Part shown: positions 9,826-20,051 of the stretch, one piece after another
Layout of the letters: the number at the start of each line of letters is the position of its first letter
Numbering within the stretch: the stretch's first letter is position 1
Source of the DNA: a virus
Lineage: Duplodnaviria; Caudoviricetes
Virus record (IMG/VR): IMGVR_UViG_3300014204_000162
Span: 14,576 to 78,575 of that record
Direction: 5' to 3' (one strand)
DNA length: 64,000 nucleotides
Made by a program: the position numbers and the translations under genes
The notes under the pieces: generated by a model
The model's database searches: none
The model's input: the letters and a program-made list of their open reading frames with translations, nothing else
What the model was told of the DNA's origin: nothing

Positions 9826-10238
9826 AAATAAAACTCTTAGATAAGAATTGTATGCCGTTTAAAAAATACGAAAAGGACGCAGGATGGGACTTGAAGAGCC
9901 GGTACATGGTTACATTGAACCCGCTGGAGACAAAGAAAATTACTACAGGCGTATGTATAGAAATCCCTACAGGATGTGCAGGCGATATAAGGCCGAGAAG
10001 CAGTATATCCGAAAGGGGTATACAAATACATTATGGGACTGTAGATGTGGGCTACACAGGCGAGGTAGGAGTTATTATGACAAACATTAGCGGTGAGCCT
10101 GTGACCATAGGAGCATATGAGAGAGTAGCACAATTGGTGATAAACAAGCTGAGTGAGGACAACAAACTTGAAGTAGTAGACGAACTACCAGAGAGTGACC
10201 GGGGCAATAACGGCTTCGGCAGCACAGGGAGGGTATAG
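9822..10238 (+). CDS. dut: trimeric dUTP diphosphatase
   Basis: DAGWDL, RPRSS, GTVDVGYTGEV, C-terminal RGNNGFGSTG motifs. Confidence 0.95.
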   Translation: MKIKLLDKNCMPFKKYEKDAGWDLKSRYMVTLNPLETKKITTGVCIEIPTGCAGDIRPRSSISERGIQIHYGTVDVGYTGEVGVIMTNISGEPVTIGAYERVAQLVINKLSEDNKLEVVDELPESDRGNNGFGSTGRV

Positions 10239-10239
10239 G

Positions 10240-10551
10240 ATGGTAAAAACTATAATATGTATGCTATGCCTATACGGGTTATATTGCCTTTACTCTATTT
10301 TTAGATGCAATTTAGCATACAGATATTGGGTATATTGGGCTGATTTAATTCGTGATTACTCAATTTATTTGATACAGCAAAGAGAATATGAAAAATCCAT
10401 GATAAGTATACAAAATGAAATAACCCCATCTTATGAATACTGCAAATATCTCTTTGAATTCAATCGTGATGCAATGGTAAAAGATAAAGAATTACTTAAA
10501 AAGCTGAAACAATTTGAGAGAGAAATAAGACAGAAGGAGGATATAGGATGA
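10240..10551 (+). CDS. hypothetical protein with N-terminal hydrophobic segment
   Basis: ATG 10240 after gggagg. Confidence 0.55.
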   Translation: MVKTIICMLCLYGLYCLYSIFRCNLAYRYWVYWADLIRDYSIYLIQQREYEKSMISIQNEITPSYEYCKYLFEFNRDAMVKDKELLKKLKQFEREIRQKEDIG

Positions 10552-11087
10552 AAACAATAACTATATGGCAACCGTGGGCGTCGCTGATAGCCATAGGCGC
10601 AAAGCACTATGAAACAAGGTCATGGGCTACAAATTATAGGGGGCCAATTGCGATACATGCAGCGGCGCTTAACCCGTTCAAGGCAATCAAACTGATTCAG
10701 AATGATACGGTTATGGAAATGCGGAGAGTTCTTAAGGATAGAGGGATACTTACGCCGAGTACCGATTTCCGTATGTTACCTCTCGGTTGCATAATCGCCA
10801 CAGCAAAACTTGTAAACTGCTGGCATATCGTATGTAACCCTGGCGTGGATATTGATGTTGCAAAACATATACCCATTGGAGCAGAGAGCATAACAATAGA
10901 TAAACATGCGCCGGATTTTGCTGATTATTTCATTCCAACGGAGCAGGAACAGCTATTTGGTGATTGGACACCCGGGCGTTATGCATGGCAGCTTGAGGAT
11001 GTTGTAATGCTCAAAAAACCCATACCGGTAAAAGGGCAGCAAAGATTATGGAACTTTGACGATAGGCTATTGAAGGGGGCATTTTGA
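10548..11087 (+). CDS. ASCH domain protein
   Basis: MKTITIWQPWASLIAIGAKHYETRSW...YRGPIAIHA; C-terminal PIPVKGQQRLW. Confidence 0.9.
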   Translation: MKTITIWQPWASLIAIGAKHYETRSWATNYRGPIAIHAAALNPFKAIKLIQNDTVMEMRRVLKDRGILTPSTDFRMLPLGCIIATAKLVNCWHIVCNPGVDIDVAKHIPIGAESITIDKHAPDFADYFIPTEQEQLFGDWTPGRYAWQLEDVVMLKKPIPVKGQQRLWNFDDRLLKGAF

Positions 11088-11512
11088 TGGACGAGTTGCC
11101 AGACAAGATAATTGATATAGACATAGTAAGGGCAAACTGGAACTTCAAGAAAAAATGTACATGCCAAAATAGAACCTTTGTGGTTGACCCGCGTAATAGA
11201 GAGATACATTGTGGTCAATGCGGTGAAATAGTAGACCCATTTGAAGCCCTGCTGGAATTGTCAAACCACTATGAGCGAATTAATAGTCAACTACATCAAA
11301 TATATGAGCAAAAGGTTGAACTAAGCAAATATAAGCCGCATCTGTTAGTAATTAAATCTTTGGAGAGTCAATATAGAGGGGAAAAGATGTTGCCATTGTG
11401 TCCCGTTTGCCATGAACCATTTTACCTTGAAGAAATAACTAGCTGGACCGGATGGATCTATGGGGAAGCGAGGATAGCACAAAGAAGGGAAGAACGGAAG
11501 GAGGATGAATAA
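11084..11512 (+). CDS. conserved Zn-binding phage protein
   Basis: CTC...HCGQCG...CPVC. Confidence 0.65.
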   Translation: MMDELPDKIIDIDIVRANWNFKKKCTCQNRTFVVDPRNREIHCGQCGEIVDPFEALLELSNHYERINSQLHQIYEQKVELSKYKPHLLVIKSLESQYRGEKMLPLCPVCHEPFYLEEITSWTGWIYGEARIAQRREERKEDE

Positions 11513-11921
11513 GCAAGTGAGAAAAATTATCGTAATAGACACAATTTTCATAGTGGCTGTAATGCTTGTAATGATAATGATGGTTTCCTTACGTCAAATG
11601 ATAACGACTCAGGATGAACTTAAAGCAAACCAGCAGCAACTTGAAGACAGAATCAATAATTCATCTCATATAGAAGTAGAAAAGCCACATAAAGTAATCG
11701 GCAAATGGCAAATAGTCCTTTTCAACGCAGGTATTATCCCAACCAAAACTATAAAAACTAGTTGCTTTTATGTGAAAGAAAAAGTTGTCTGGTACGCTGA
11801 TCCACTCACAGGGGATGAGCTGCCACTACCGGAAGAAGCAATGGTTATACCAGACGATGGTCGGGAACTTGAACAATATGGTGTATATAAAGATATTCAG
11901 CCTTTATATGAAGGGCGGTGA
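11505..11921 (+). CDS. membrane-anchored hypothetical protein
   Basis: N-terminal hydrophobic helix. Confidence 0.6.
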   Translation: MNKQVRKIIVIDTIFIVAVMLVMIMMVSLRQMITTQDELKANQQQLEDRINNSSHIEVEKPHKVIGKWQIVLFNAGIIPTKTIKTSCFYVKEKVVWYADPLTGDELPLPEEAMVIPDDGRELEQYGVYKDIQPLYEGR

Positions 11922-11926
11922 AAAAA

Positions 11927-12454
11927 ATGAATAAAGAAACATTTAGGAAAACAGAAAGAATGTTATATGAATACTACCATAACATACAGGAGATAGAACG
12001 CCTAGAAAATAAATGTAAAATTCTTGAAGACCAACGGGAAAAGATACGACAGGATATTAGAGAAACAAAGGTAACGATTGAAACAGAAATGAATATGGGG
12101 ATAAATTATAATGCGGAGAAAGTACAGACATCAAGTAGTGGTACAAGCTATGCAGAAGCTGAAACAATCCGGCAAGTGCAGAAATTAGAAGAAGAATGGA
12201 AATACACAAGAAAGTTGATATTAAAGGTTCATGCAAAAATTAGAGAAGTAAAAAAACGTAATATTGACCTCGAATGGTATATTTCAAATATGGCTACAGA
12301 ATACCGGTTTGTTGCTGAAATGAAATATAAAGACCGTCTAACGTTGAACGAGATAAGCCAAAAATGCAGAATGTCGATAAGTGCAGTTGCCCGCAGCAGG
12401 GAAAAGATTGTTTTCTATGCTTCAAGATATACCTCGAAAGTAGTTGAAATGTAA
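11927..12454 (+). CDS. ArpU/RinA-like late transcriptional activator
   Basis: KETFRKTERMLYEY start, coiled coil, C-terminal sigma-region-4-like HTH; position at end of early module. Confidence 0.75.
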   Translation: MNKETFRKTERMLYEYYHNIQEIERLENKCKILEDQREKIRQDIRETKVTIETEMNMGINYNAEKVQTSSSGTSYAEAETIRQVQKLEEEWKYTRKLILKVHAKIREVKKRNIDLEWYISNMATEYRFVAEMKYKDRLTLNEISQKCRMSISAVARSREKIVFYASRYTSKVVEM

Positions 12455-12579
12455 AAAAGGCAGAGTAACAAATATGCAAGATGCAAAATGGTCATAATCG
12501 GTATAACAGAGCCAAAAGGTAAAAATCTATGAGGGTTGAATATCATCAACCCTCAACCTTAAAAATGGAGTGAACATAT

Positions 12580-13485
12580 ATGAATAAAGAAATAGAAGGG
12601 ATTATTAGAGCAATAGCAGATAATGATACTCAAAAGGCAAAGACATATGCAAAAATAATTATAAATGCAGATAAAACAATAGCAAATAAGGCATTTTGCA
12701 ACGCAATGAAGAATAAGCTTCAAACATCTTCAATGAATCTACTGGAACTGCCACAGAATGTAAAAGAATTTTTAATAATGGAAGATGTTTCGGTATCATT
12801 TAATGAAAATAGATATTTTCTATCAGAACGGGAAGAGGAGGTTTTTGAGGAAGTTAAAGGAATGTATGAAACAAGCTTGAAATTGTCTGAAATGGGAATA
12901 CAATACCTTAATTCATTGATGCTTCATGGCGAGAGCGGCACAGGGAAAACATTGTTCGGCAAATATATTGCTTACAAATTAAGGCTTCCATTTGCATATA
13001 TGAATTTTTCAAACACAATAAGCAGCTACTTAGGGAGCACGGCAAAGAACATATCAAAAGCATTTTCATTTGTCGAAAATCAAAAATGCGTCTTTATGCT
13101 GGATGAGGTTGACGCTATAGGAATGTCAAGAGGTGACAATAAAGATGTTAGTGAAATGTCGAGGATAACAATAGCACTCATGCAGGCCCTTGACTGTATT
13201 AGAAACGATACGATAATCATAGGGGCAACAAACAGAGTCGATATGATAGACAAGGCATTATTAAGACGGTTCACGATGCAACATGAAGTAAAGAAATTTA
13301 AGACAGAAGAAAAAGAATCAATGATAGTAAAATTTCTTAATAATGTAAAAGTATCTTATGAGCTAAACGATATATACCAATATTGTGTAAACCACGCCGA
13401 ATGTCAAGCCTATATTATCAATGATGTTATTAGAGCAATTGCTTCAAGTGTTAGAACTGGGAATAAGTTTAAATTATCGGAATAG
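12580..13485 (+). CDS. AAA+ ATPase
   Basis: Walker A GESGTGKT, Walker B FMLDEVD, sensor IGATNR, arginine finger LLRRF. Confidence 0.92.
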   Translation: MNKEIEGIIRAIADNDTQKAKTYAKIIINADKTIANKAFCNAMKNKLQTSSMNLLELPQNVKEFLIMEDVSVSFNENRYFLSEREEEVFEEVKGMYETSLKLSEMGIQYLNSLMLHGESGTGKTLFGKYIAYKLRLPFAYMNFSNTISSYLGSTAKNISKAFSFVENQKCVFMLDEVDAIGMSRGDNKDVSEMSRITIALMQALDCIRNDTIIIGATNRVDMIDKALLRRFTMQHEVKKFKTEEKESMIVKFLNNVKVSYELNDIYQYCVNHAECQAYIINDVIRAIASSVRTGNKFKLSE

Positions 13486-13489
13486 GCAG

Positions 13490-14056
13490 GTGATAAGAAT
13501 TAAAACGGAATTAACGCTAAAGCTTGAAAGAGACATATGGGGAGCCACCGCAAAGCAAGGCGTGTTCGGATGCTTTGAGGTTACTATAGGATGGTTTGGA
13601 GAGGAAAGAGTAGATTATATGACCTATGATACAAAAGGGATATGGCGTTGCTATGAAATTAAAATATCAAAGTCAGATTTCCACAGCAAGGCACACAATA
13701 CCTTCATAGGACATTATAATTATTATGTTATGACGCAAGAATTATATGAACAGATAAAAGAAGAAATTCCAAACCATATTGGTGTTTATATTGGCGATAG
13801 TTGCGTTAAAAAAGCTAAGAGACAGGAATTAACTATTGATGAACAAATACTCAAAAACTCTTTAATACGCTCATTATATAGAGAAGCAGAGAAAACATTT
13901 AAGGGCGGGAATCCTGCAATTGTAGAGTCATTGGCAAAGAATTGGAATAACGCTAGAAAAGATGCTGATAAATGGAAACATTCATATTGGAAATTAATGA
14001 GAATTGGGCAGGAAAAGTATGGTACGAGATGGGATAAAGAAAGTGAGGAGGTATAA
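13490..14056 (+). CDS. PD-(D/E)XK nuclease-like phage protein
   Basis: FEV...VDYMTYD...CYEIKISKSDFHS; start approximate. Confidence 0.7.
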   Translation: MIRIKTELTLKLERDIWGATAKQGVFGCFEVTIGWFGEERVDYMTYDTKGIWRCYEIKISKSDFHSKAHNTFIGHYNYYVMTQELYEQIKEEIPNHIGVYIGDSCVKKAKRQELTIDEQILKNSLIRSLYREAEKTFKGGNPAIVESLAKNWNNARKDADKWKHSYWKLMRIGQEKYGTRWDKESEEV

Positions 14057-14058
14057 CC

Positions 14059-14244
14059 TTGACGGATAAAAAGATAGTATTTCAAGCAACCGGCAAAGAA
14101 ATATTCAATTTTCTTGCATGTGAAAGTCAAAATATAGCGAATTATTATCATGTTGATTGGAAAGAGCTAACGCTTGAGCAGGTAATGGATTATTATAATT
14201 CTCCTGAACGGCAAAAGTCCGTGTTTATGCTGAGAGAATGGTAG
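14059..14244 (+). CDS. hypothetical protein
   Basis: 61-aa ORF after gaggagg RBS. Confidence 0.55.
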   Translation: MTDKKIVFQATGKEIFNFLACESQNIANYYHVDWKELTLEQVMDYYNSPERQKSVFMLREW

Positions 14245-14426
14245 GAAGGAGCCTAAAATAATGATAAATAAAAATGATTGTTTTGACTGTGCAAATTGCA
14301 TTATACGTAAAGAGGATTGGTTTAAAAGGGATAGAAAATGGTTTTGCGAAGTAACTGGAGAGCCTATCCCCAAAGATGGGACACAAGAGAATGATTGCGT
14401 AAACTTTAAATATGAGGAGTGATTGT

Positions 14427-14615
14427 ATGAGTGAAAACATAATAAATACTAAGAAATTATGTGAATGGTTAGAAATAAGTGAAAATACTGCTTATAACTG
14501 GCGTAAGTATAATGGCCTGCCATATAAGAAGATAACTAAGAAAACAATACAATATGATCGAGAAGAAGTAATAAATTGGTTAAACAAAAATTCAATGCCT
14601 GATGATATTCTGTAG
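14427..14615 (+). CDS. excisionase-like (HTH_17/MerR-type) DNA-binding protein
   Basis: NTKKLCEWLEISENTAYNWRK-NGLP...QYDREEVINWL. Confidence 0.8.
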   Translation: MSENIINTKKLCEWLEISENTAYNWRKYNGLPYKKITKKTIQYDREEVINWLNKNSMPDDIL

Positions 14616-14764
14616 GTATAAAGAAATACTTAAAAGGATTGGCGACGATCCATTGGATATATGGCAAGAATTGTTTGCAAATATTTTGGTATAACACAAT
14701 ATTACGCTTTAAATATTTAAAGCGTAAATCCATGAAATCTTTATAATATTAGTGAGGTGAGGAC

Positions 14765-15100
14765 ATGGGCTATCAATTTAAAAGTACCGACGGATTATGC
14801 CAGAGTGATAATATTGACCTTATAACATCATGGGATAATATAGTAAATAAGCAAAAGAAAAATGAGAATGATTGGATATCTATGCTTAGAAGTAAAGGAA
14901 TAAAAGCTGCTCATCCTGATGATGGGTGGGTTGATAGAAATTTGAACAAAGCATATTTACCTTATCCCCAATTTAATGACGGGGTAAGAGAAGGTGATTT
15001 GATAGCATTGGGATGGTCTAACAAATGGAGAATAGTAAAAATAACTAAAGTAGAAGAAACCATGTTTGGCATGAAGTATTATTGGTCCAGAAAGGAGTGA
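14765..15100 (+). CDS. hypothetical phage protein
   Basis: 111-aa ORF with gaggtg RBS. Confidence 0.65.
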   Translation: MGYQFKSTDGLCQSDNIDLITSWDNIVNKQKKNENDWISMLRSKGIKAAHPDDGWVDRNLNKAYLPYPQFNDGVREGDLIALGWSNKWRIVKITKVEETMFGMKYYWSRKE

Positions 15101-15104
15101 TTAT

Positions 15105-15515
15105 ATGGATTTTATAACTGCAGAACAGTTCTTGCAGCAGCCAAAGGAGGTACAGAAGGTATTTATAGATTGGTGGCATAAAAATATAAAGGCATATGAT
15201 TTGTATAAACCAAAACATGTATGGGGAGATATCATATGCCTCAGAGATGATAAAAAATATATCGAAGCTGTTAAAATGTGCATTGATGATGCTGCTATTC
15301 CATTGCTCGCAGAATCCCAATTGCGGCATTTTATAGAGGACAAAACGGACTGTATTATCCGCAGTAATCCATATAAAAATCATGAATACAAATGGGTGTA
15401 CTTAATTGACTTAATACCAAGGAATGAAGATACAAGGGCATATAGCTTTAAAGAGATACAGCTTGAGGATTATTTACAAACATTATGGCAGGTAGCCTGC
15501 AAGATAGCACTTTAA
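15105..15515 (+). CDS. hypothetical phage protein
   Basis: 136-aa ORF with aaggag RBS. Confidence 0.65.
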   Translation: MDFITAEQFLQQPKEVQKVFIDWWHKNIKAYDLYKPKHVWGDIICLRDDKKYIEAVKMCIDDAAIPLLAESQLRHFIEDKTDCIIRSNPYKNHEYKWVYLIDLIPRNEDTRAYSFKEIQLEDYLQTLWQVACKIAL

Positions 15516-15589
15516 AATGCAGAAGGCAAATACATTTAAAGATAAATATTTCCGAGGTTATAAAAATAATTGCTAGTTTGACATCGAAT

Positions 15590-15616
15590 AAGCCCCTAAC
15601 CAGGGCTTCTTTTTTA
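15590..15616 (+). terminator. rho-independent terminator
   Basis: aagccc-ctaacca-gggctt hairpin followed by T-run. Confidence 0.7.
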
Positions 15617-15626
15617 TTCCACGAAA

Positions 15627-15690
15627 AATAGCGGTAAAAAATCGGTAAAAAATCGGTAAATTTCACGAGAAAAGCTGTGCTACAATAATA
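15627..15690 (+). promoter_or_regulatory. putative activator-dependent late promoter (copy 1)
   Basis: three CGGTAA boxes at 11-bp period (15632, 15643, 15654), TACAAT at 15681, no canonical -35. Confidence 0.7.
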
Positions 15691-15895
15691 GCATGAGAAT
15701 TTATTTAAAATAGAAGAATACTCTTGCAAAGATCCCCAATACTCCAAACCGGAACTGGGGATCTTTTATTTTAACGAAGCGAGGTACAACCATGAAGCGT
15801 ATAAGCAAAGCAGAGTATATGAAACGGCTTAGGCAAAGACAACCGATTGCAAAGACCAAACATGGATACTGGGAGATAGGATATAAGTTTTAATT

Positions 15896-16132
15896 TGTGG
15901 TGGTGATGGAATAGGTAGACATTAATCAGACATAGTGAGAACTCTGCTGGTAAGACGTGACTGTCCTTGTGGTGAAATTCCAAAAGGTACGTTGACAGTC
16001 TGTTGCGGTAAGGTAATGGTATTAATTCCATTTAATTGCCTGAAGAGAAGGGCAGAAATGCCAGAACTAAAACGAGGCGTCAGTACACGCCTATCCTATG
16101 CTATGTATGGTGCGAATTCATACCCACTACAA
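15896..16132 (+). ncRNA. tRNA-like structured RNA with a large insertion in place of the anticodon arm
   Basis: TGTGGTGG/CCACTACA acceptor stem, ATG-GAATAGGTAGA-CAT D-arm, GTATGG-TGCGAAT-TCATAC T-arm, internal hairpins. Confidence 0.6.
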
Positions 16133-16399
16133 TCATGAGAATATAAGCAGATTCCGATAATAATAAAAAATACGGCCAGCAGTCATCATAAGAACCCTGA
16201 CTGGCCCGTGACCTGCTTAAAATTTGTTTCCTTTGAAGGTGCCAAAAGAACTGAGTAAAAACTTGGTTCTTTTTTTATTACCGGCATTTCTTGAAAATGT
16301 CGCTAGTGGCTAAAAGTTATGCCTTAAAACTGAAAATTATAGGCTAGGCATACGCTTAGTCTATTTTTTATACCTAAATTTAAAAGGAGCGTGTTATTC

Positions 16400-17188
16400 A
16401 TGGAAAAAGTGAGTAAACAAGTCAGTAATGTTAAAGAACAAGTATTTGTGGAGTCAAAGACAATGAGAGAAGAATATATCGGGAATGTTGATGTATTAGA
16501 CAAAATAAAGGCAATCCAATATTTAACACCGGATATGATATTGAGCGTTGGACAGGTGGCAAATTATTATGAGGTTTCCACTAATACTATTAAAACTATT
16601 ATCAATAGAAATAAAGAGGAACTTGAGGATGATGGTTTAATGGTATTGAAAGGAGAGCAATTAGAAGAATTCGGTAAACAAATTTGTGAGTTTCACGGTG
16701 AAGATGACAAAATAAGTAATAAAACAAGAGCATTTACTATTCTAACGAGGCGAGCAATGTTAAGAATAGGAATGTTATTGACTAATTGCTATATTGCTTC
16801 AAAAGTTAAAAACTATCTTTTAAATATTGAAGAAGAAGCAACTCCGGAACAAAAAAGATGGGCTATACAAAGAGAAGCAGCAATAATAGATAGAAAAAGA
16901 ATGACAACAGCGATAAAAAACTATATCCCGGAGACTGAGCACAAAGGACTTGCATATCCCAATTATACAAATATGATATATCGCATTTTGTTCAAAATGG
17001 ATGCAAAACATTTAAGAGTAGAACGGAACGTAAAAGACAATGATGCGTTAAGAGATAGTTTTAAAGATATAGAATTAGAACAGGTTGCTGAAGCAGAAAC
17101 AATTGTTACAGCATTAATAGCACTTGGATTTAGTTTTGACTATATAAAAGAGCAGTTACAAAAGAAATATATGGCAATATTAAATTAA
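16400..17188 (+). CDS. phage antirepressor-like DNA-binding protein (ORF6N-like)
   Basis: LSVGQVANYYEVSTNTIKTIINRNKEEL pattern. Confidence 0.7.
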   Translation: MEKVSKQVSNVKEQVFVESKTMREEYIGNVDVLDKIKAIQYLTPDMILSVGQVANYYEVSTNTIKTIINRNKEELEDDGLMVLKGEQLEEFGKQICEFHGEDDKISNKTRAFTILTRRAMLRIGMLLTNCYIASKVKNYLLNIEEEATPEQKRWAIQREAAIIDRKRMTTAIKNYIPETEHKGLAYPNYTNMIYRILFKMDAKHLRVERNVKDNDALRDSFKDIELEQVAEAETIVTALIALGFSFDYIKEQLQKKYMAILN

Positions 17189-17280
17189 GTCGTGAACATT
17201 ATAAAGTCTTGTAAATGCAGGGCTTTTTTCTATAGGGCAGGTTTTACCTCCTTCCTGCCCGCTCCATTGGGGGTATGGAT

Positions 17281-17442
17281 ATGGAACAAAAGAAAACTGC
17301 ATATGAAGAAGCTGTAGAAATGACAGAACAATATAAAATAAAGCTTGAGACATGCCGCAAGTGTGTGTGGTCTATCAGACAGGAAGAATTGATATACTGC
17401 CCTTTTAGCGGTTGTATAAATATGCAGTATATACACAAATAA
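17281..17442 (+). CDS. small Cys-containing protein
   Basis: 53-aa ORF, CRKC...CPFSGC. Confidence 0.45.
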   Translation: MEQKKTAYEEAVEMTEQYKIKLETCRKCVWSIRQEELIYCPFSGCINMQYIHK

Positions 17443-17457
17443 AAAGTAGGTGAGCTC

Positions 17458-17670
17458 ATGCCGAAGCTAAATAAAATAAAACCTGACTGCCATAGATGCA
17501 AATACCTTTATAACGATTGCGGCACTAAATATTGCAAGAAGAAGACCTGCCATTTTAAAGAAAGGGAATGTAAAAAAGAATATCTATCTTCAGACGATTT
17601 TGCAAAGATGATGCGGCATGACAGCTACAGCCGAGAGCATGGGGCAATAAAACAGAAGAGATGGAGTTAA
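17458..17670 (+). CDS. small Cys-rich basic protein
   Basis: CHRCKY...C...C...C...C. Confidence 0.55.
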   Translation: MPKLNKIKPDCHRCKYLYNDCGTKYCKKKTCHFKERECKKEYLSSDDFAKMMRHDSYSREHGAIKQKRWS

Positions 17671-18011
17671 TGAGGTATAAGAATAAATGCTCATGCACAT
17701 CTTTTGATGCAAAAGTTAAAAAAGATAATATTATAATAAGATGTTTCAACGGCAATAAAAAAGTTGGCGAAGATAAAGTTAATATAGACGATTATTTAAG
17801 TAACGATATGCAGTTTGGCAGGAGACTATTTATAATTGATAGGGATATAAATAGTCTCAAAACGGATATGTTAGAGTTTACGCCAAGTGTAATTGACATA
17901 AATGCAGACTGCATAAAAAAGGCAATAGATGGGGCTTTAAAAGATGCAGGATTATATAAGTTAACATTGTCGGGGAAAATGGAAGAATTTATGAAAAACA
18001 AGAGGCTCTAA
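17661..18011 (+). CDS. hypothetical protein
   Basis: 116-aa ORF. Confidence 0.5.
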   Translation: MELMRYKNKCSCTSFDAKVKKDNIIIRCFNGNKKVGEDKVNIDDYLSNDMQFGRRLFIIDRDINSLKTDMLEFTPSVIDINADCIKKAIDGALKDAGLYKLTLSGKMEEFMKNKRL

Positions 18012-18284
18012 AATGCCCTATACCGTTTTAGGACATATAAAAGTACACCACCCAAATAAAATAGACGCCTTATAGGCCGTTTTAGAGCAATAAACATATG
18101 TACTTGTTTAGTAAAATAATGGGGGCTTAATATGGATGTTTTAAAAGCAATACATAACTACATAAACGGCATAGAGATAGCATACAAAGGTGGAGCGGCA
18201 ATAGCCGACATGTTGGTATGGGGCTTTTTTATATTTTCACTTGTAGTGGAGATATTAAAGAAAATAAATTGAGGGGGAATAAAA

Positions 18285-18497
18285 ATTAGGTATAGAAAGA
18301 AACCGGTTGTTATTAAAGCTGAAGTATATAAGCCAGGCATGGAAGATGGATTCAGGGCAACAGATGAATGTTATCAGCAATTCGGATCGGATTTAGATTC
18401 TTGCAGCAGACAAGAAAATGAGGGGTGCAAAGGTTGCAGATGTTTTAAACCATATGTGAACACTCTTCACGGTGAATATATAACTAAAGAGAGTTAG
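18285..18497 (+). CDS. phage RYRKKPVVIKA-family protein, probably truncated
   Basis: ATT start after gaggggg; N-terminus matches the common (M)KYRKKPVVIEA phage family but the C-terminus is short. Confidence 0.4.
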   Translation: MRYRKKPVVIKAEVYKPGMEDGFRATDECYQQFGSDLDSCSRQENEGCKGCRCFKPYVNTLHGEYITKES

Positions 18498-18555
18498 AAC
18501 AATAAGAATTTAAAGGCTGAATAGGCCTTATTTTAATTTAAGGAGGAATATAAAA

Positions 18556-18798
18556 ATGCAAGTAATATTAAGTGAAGAAGAGTACATGGAATTAAAGGAA
18601 AAGGCCGATGGGTTTGACACAATTTCGTCTACAATAAACTACAACTGGTGGAACCTTAAAGAGCATAAAATAGATAAATCAAGACCGCTTACAATAGAAC
18701 TGCAAAAGATGCTTGAAGCAGTTGGAATAGACGAAGATATTGTTCAGTTTATACCGGAGAAAGTGGAAATAAAATTTAATACAAAGGAGCAAATATAA
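18556..18798 (+). CDS. hypothetical phage protein
   Basis: 80-aa ORF with aaggagg RBS. Confidence 0.65.
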   Translation: MQVILSEEEYMELKEKADGFDTISSTINYNWWNLKEHKIDKSRPLTIELQKMLEAVGIDEDIVQFIPEKVEIKFNTKEQI

Positions 18799-19458
18799 GA
18801 GATTGTTATGAGAATACTTGGGTGGATAGGATTAACATGGATGGTACTATGCTTGATAACTGATTTAATAAAAATAATAAACAGCAACAGAGTGTCTGAT
18901 AGGGCTGCCTTTTTAGTTAATAGCATTTTATCTGGAATATTTGTGTATTTCTTTGTTATGTATTTAAGATAGGCAAAAGGAGAAACCGTATGAAAATATA
19001 TTATATTGTTCTGTTAATATATTTTGGCTTTTTAATTGGTTACCCTCTAGGCTATATAAGATCATCTATTCGTAATATTAAATAAAATAAGCACTTGCTT
19101 TACAAATAATCGTTTCGCCCCTTAAGCTTAATTAAAAAAATATGACATTAGGCTATTAATACCTCAGACAACTGTAAGGAGGAGAGAGGGTAGGGCCCCT
19201 ACTCCGACTGGAAGGCGTCAGCATGCAAAGTAACTATGATATGGATGTTGGAAGAAGAAAAAACAAGAGAAAAGAAACAGGAACAAATTTCAGCAATTTG
19301 GTGCGACTACACTATATATAATATAGGGTTATGACACCAAAAATATAGGACTTAAAATCTTGGACACGGCATAACTACTTGATTTAGGAGTAGTTTTTTA
19401 TTTGCAAAAAAAGTGTGTATTCTTTGCAAAAACATACAAAAAAAGTGTAGGTGATTTT

Positions 19459-20010
19459 ATGGCTAATACAGCTAAACAAATTTTAAAAACAACAAAATAT
19501 TTAAACCCATGCACAGGGGAATTGAATGAAAAAGAATCGTGGGTAGATACTTATTTTAATGATGATGGATATTTATTTTATAACCGTAAAATGGGATATA
19601 AGATATTTACAGAAATTTGTTTGCCAGAAGAATTCACATGGTCGGAAAAGGGGCGTATTCAAGAATTACAACATTATATATTAAAGGACAATCAACTGCT
19701 CGTGTACCGCAGCAATGACAAGATAAAACCTATCGGTGGAAATGAAATGTGCCGTATATTTGATATGAGTGGAAGACAATGCAGAACTTTAATAAATAAA
19801 ATGAAAAGCCTTAAAGTTATTAAAGAGGTTTCTATTGATGGTATAGAATATTTTGCATTTAACCCATTATACGCCTTTAAAGATAAACGATTAAGCGTAG
19901 GTGTTTACTTAATGTTTCAAGAAGAATTAAGGAGTGTTCTTCCTCAATGGGTAATAAAAAAGTTTGCAGAACAGATACAAGAGTTGAGACCATCTATTAA
20001 AATTATTTAG
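19459..20010 (+). CDS. RepL-like winged-helix protein (paralog 1)
   Basis: CRTLINKMKSLKVIKEV...YFAFNPLYAFK wHTH-wing motif; clearly similar to 21540-22088. Confidence 0.6.
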   Translation: MANTAKQILKTTKYLNPCTGELNEKESWVDTYFNDDGYLFYNRKMGYKIFTEICLPEEFTWSEKGRIQELQHYILKDNQLLVYRSNDKIKPIGGNEMCRIFDMSGRQCRTLINKMKSLKVIKEVSIDGIEYFAFNPLYAFKDKRLSVGVYLMFQEELRSVLPQWVIKKFAEQIQELRPSIKII

Positions 20011-20051
20011 CATAAACAAACCAATATATTGCTGGAGATAGAAGAAGGTGT

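Noticed and set aside
15925-16100. Group I intron or hammerhead ribozyme inside the tRNA-like RNA
   Set aside because: The insert is only about 175 nt and lacks convincing P7 (R/S) elements; CTGAAGAG is not followed by a correctly placed GAAA
15896-16132. tmRNA
   Set aside because: Shorter than typical tmRNA, has a true D-arm, and shows no recognisable tag ORF ending in ALAA-like residues
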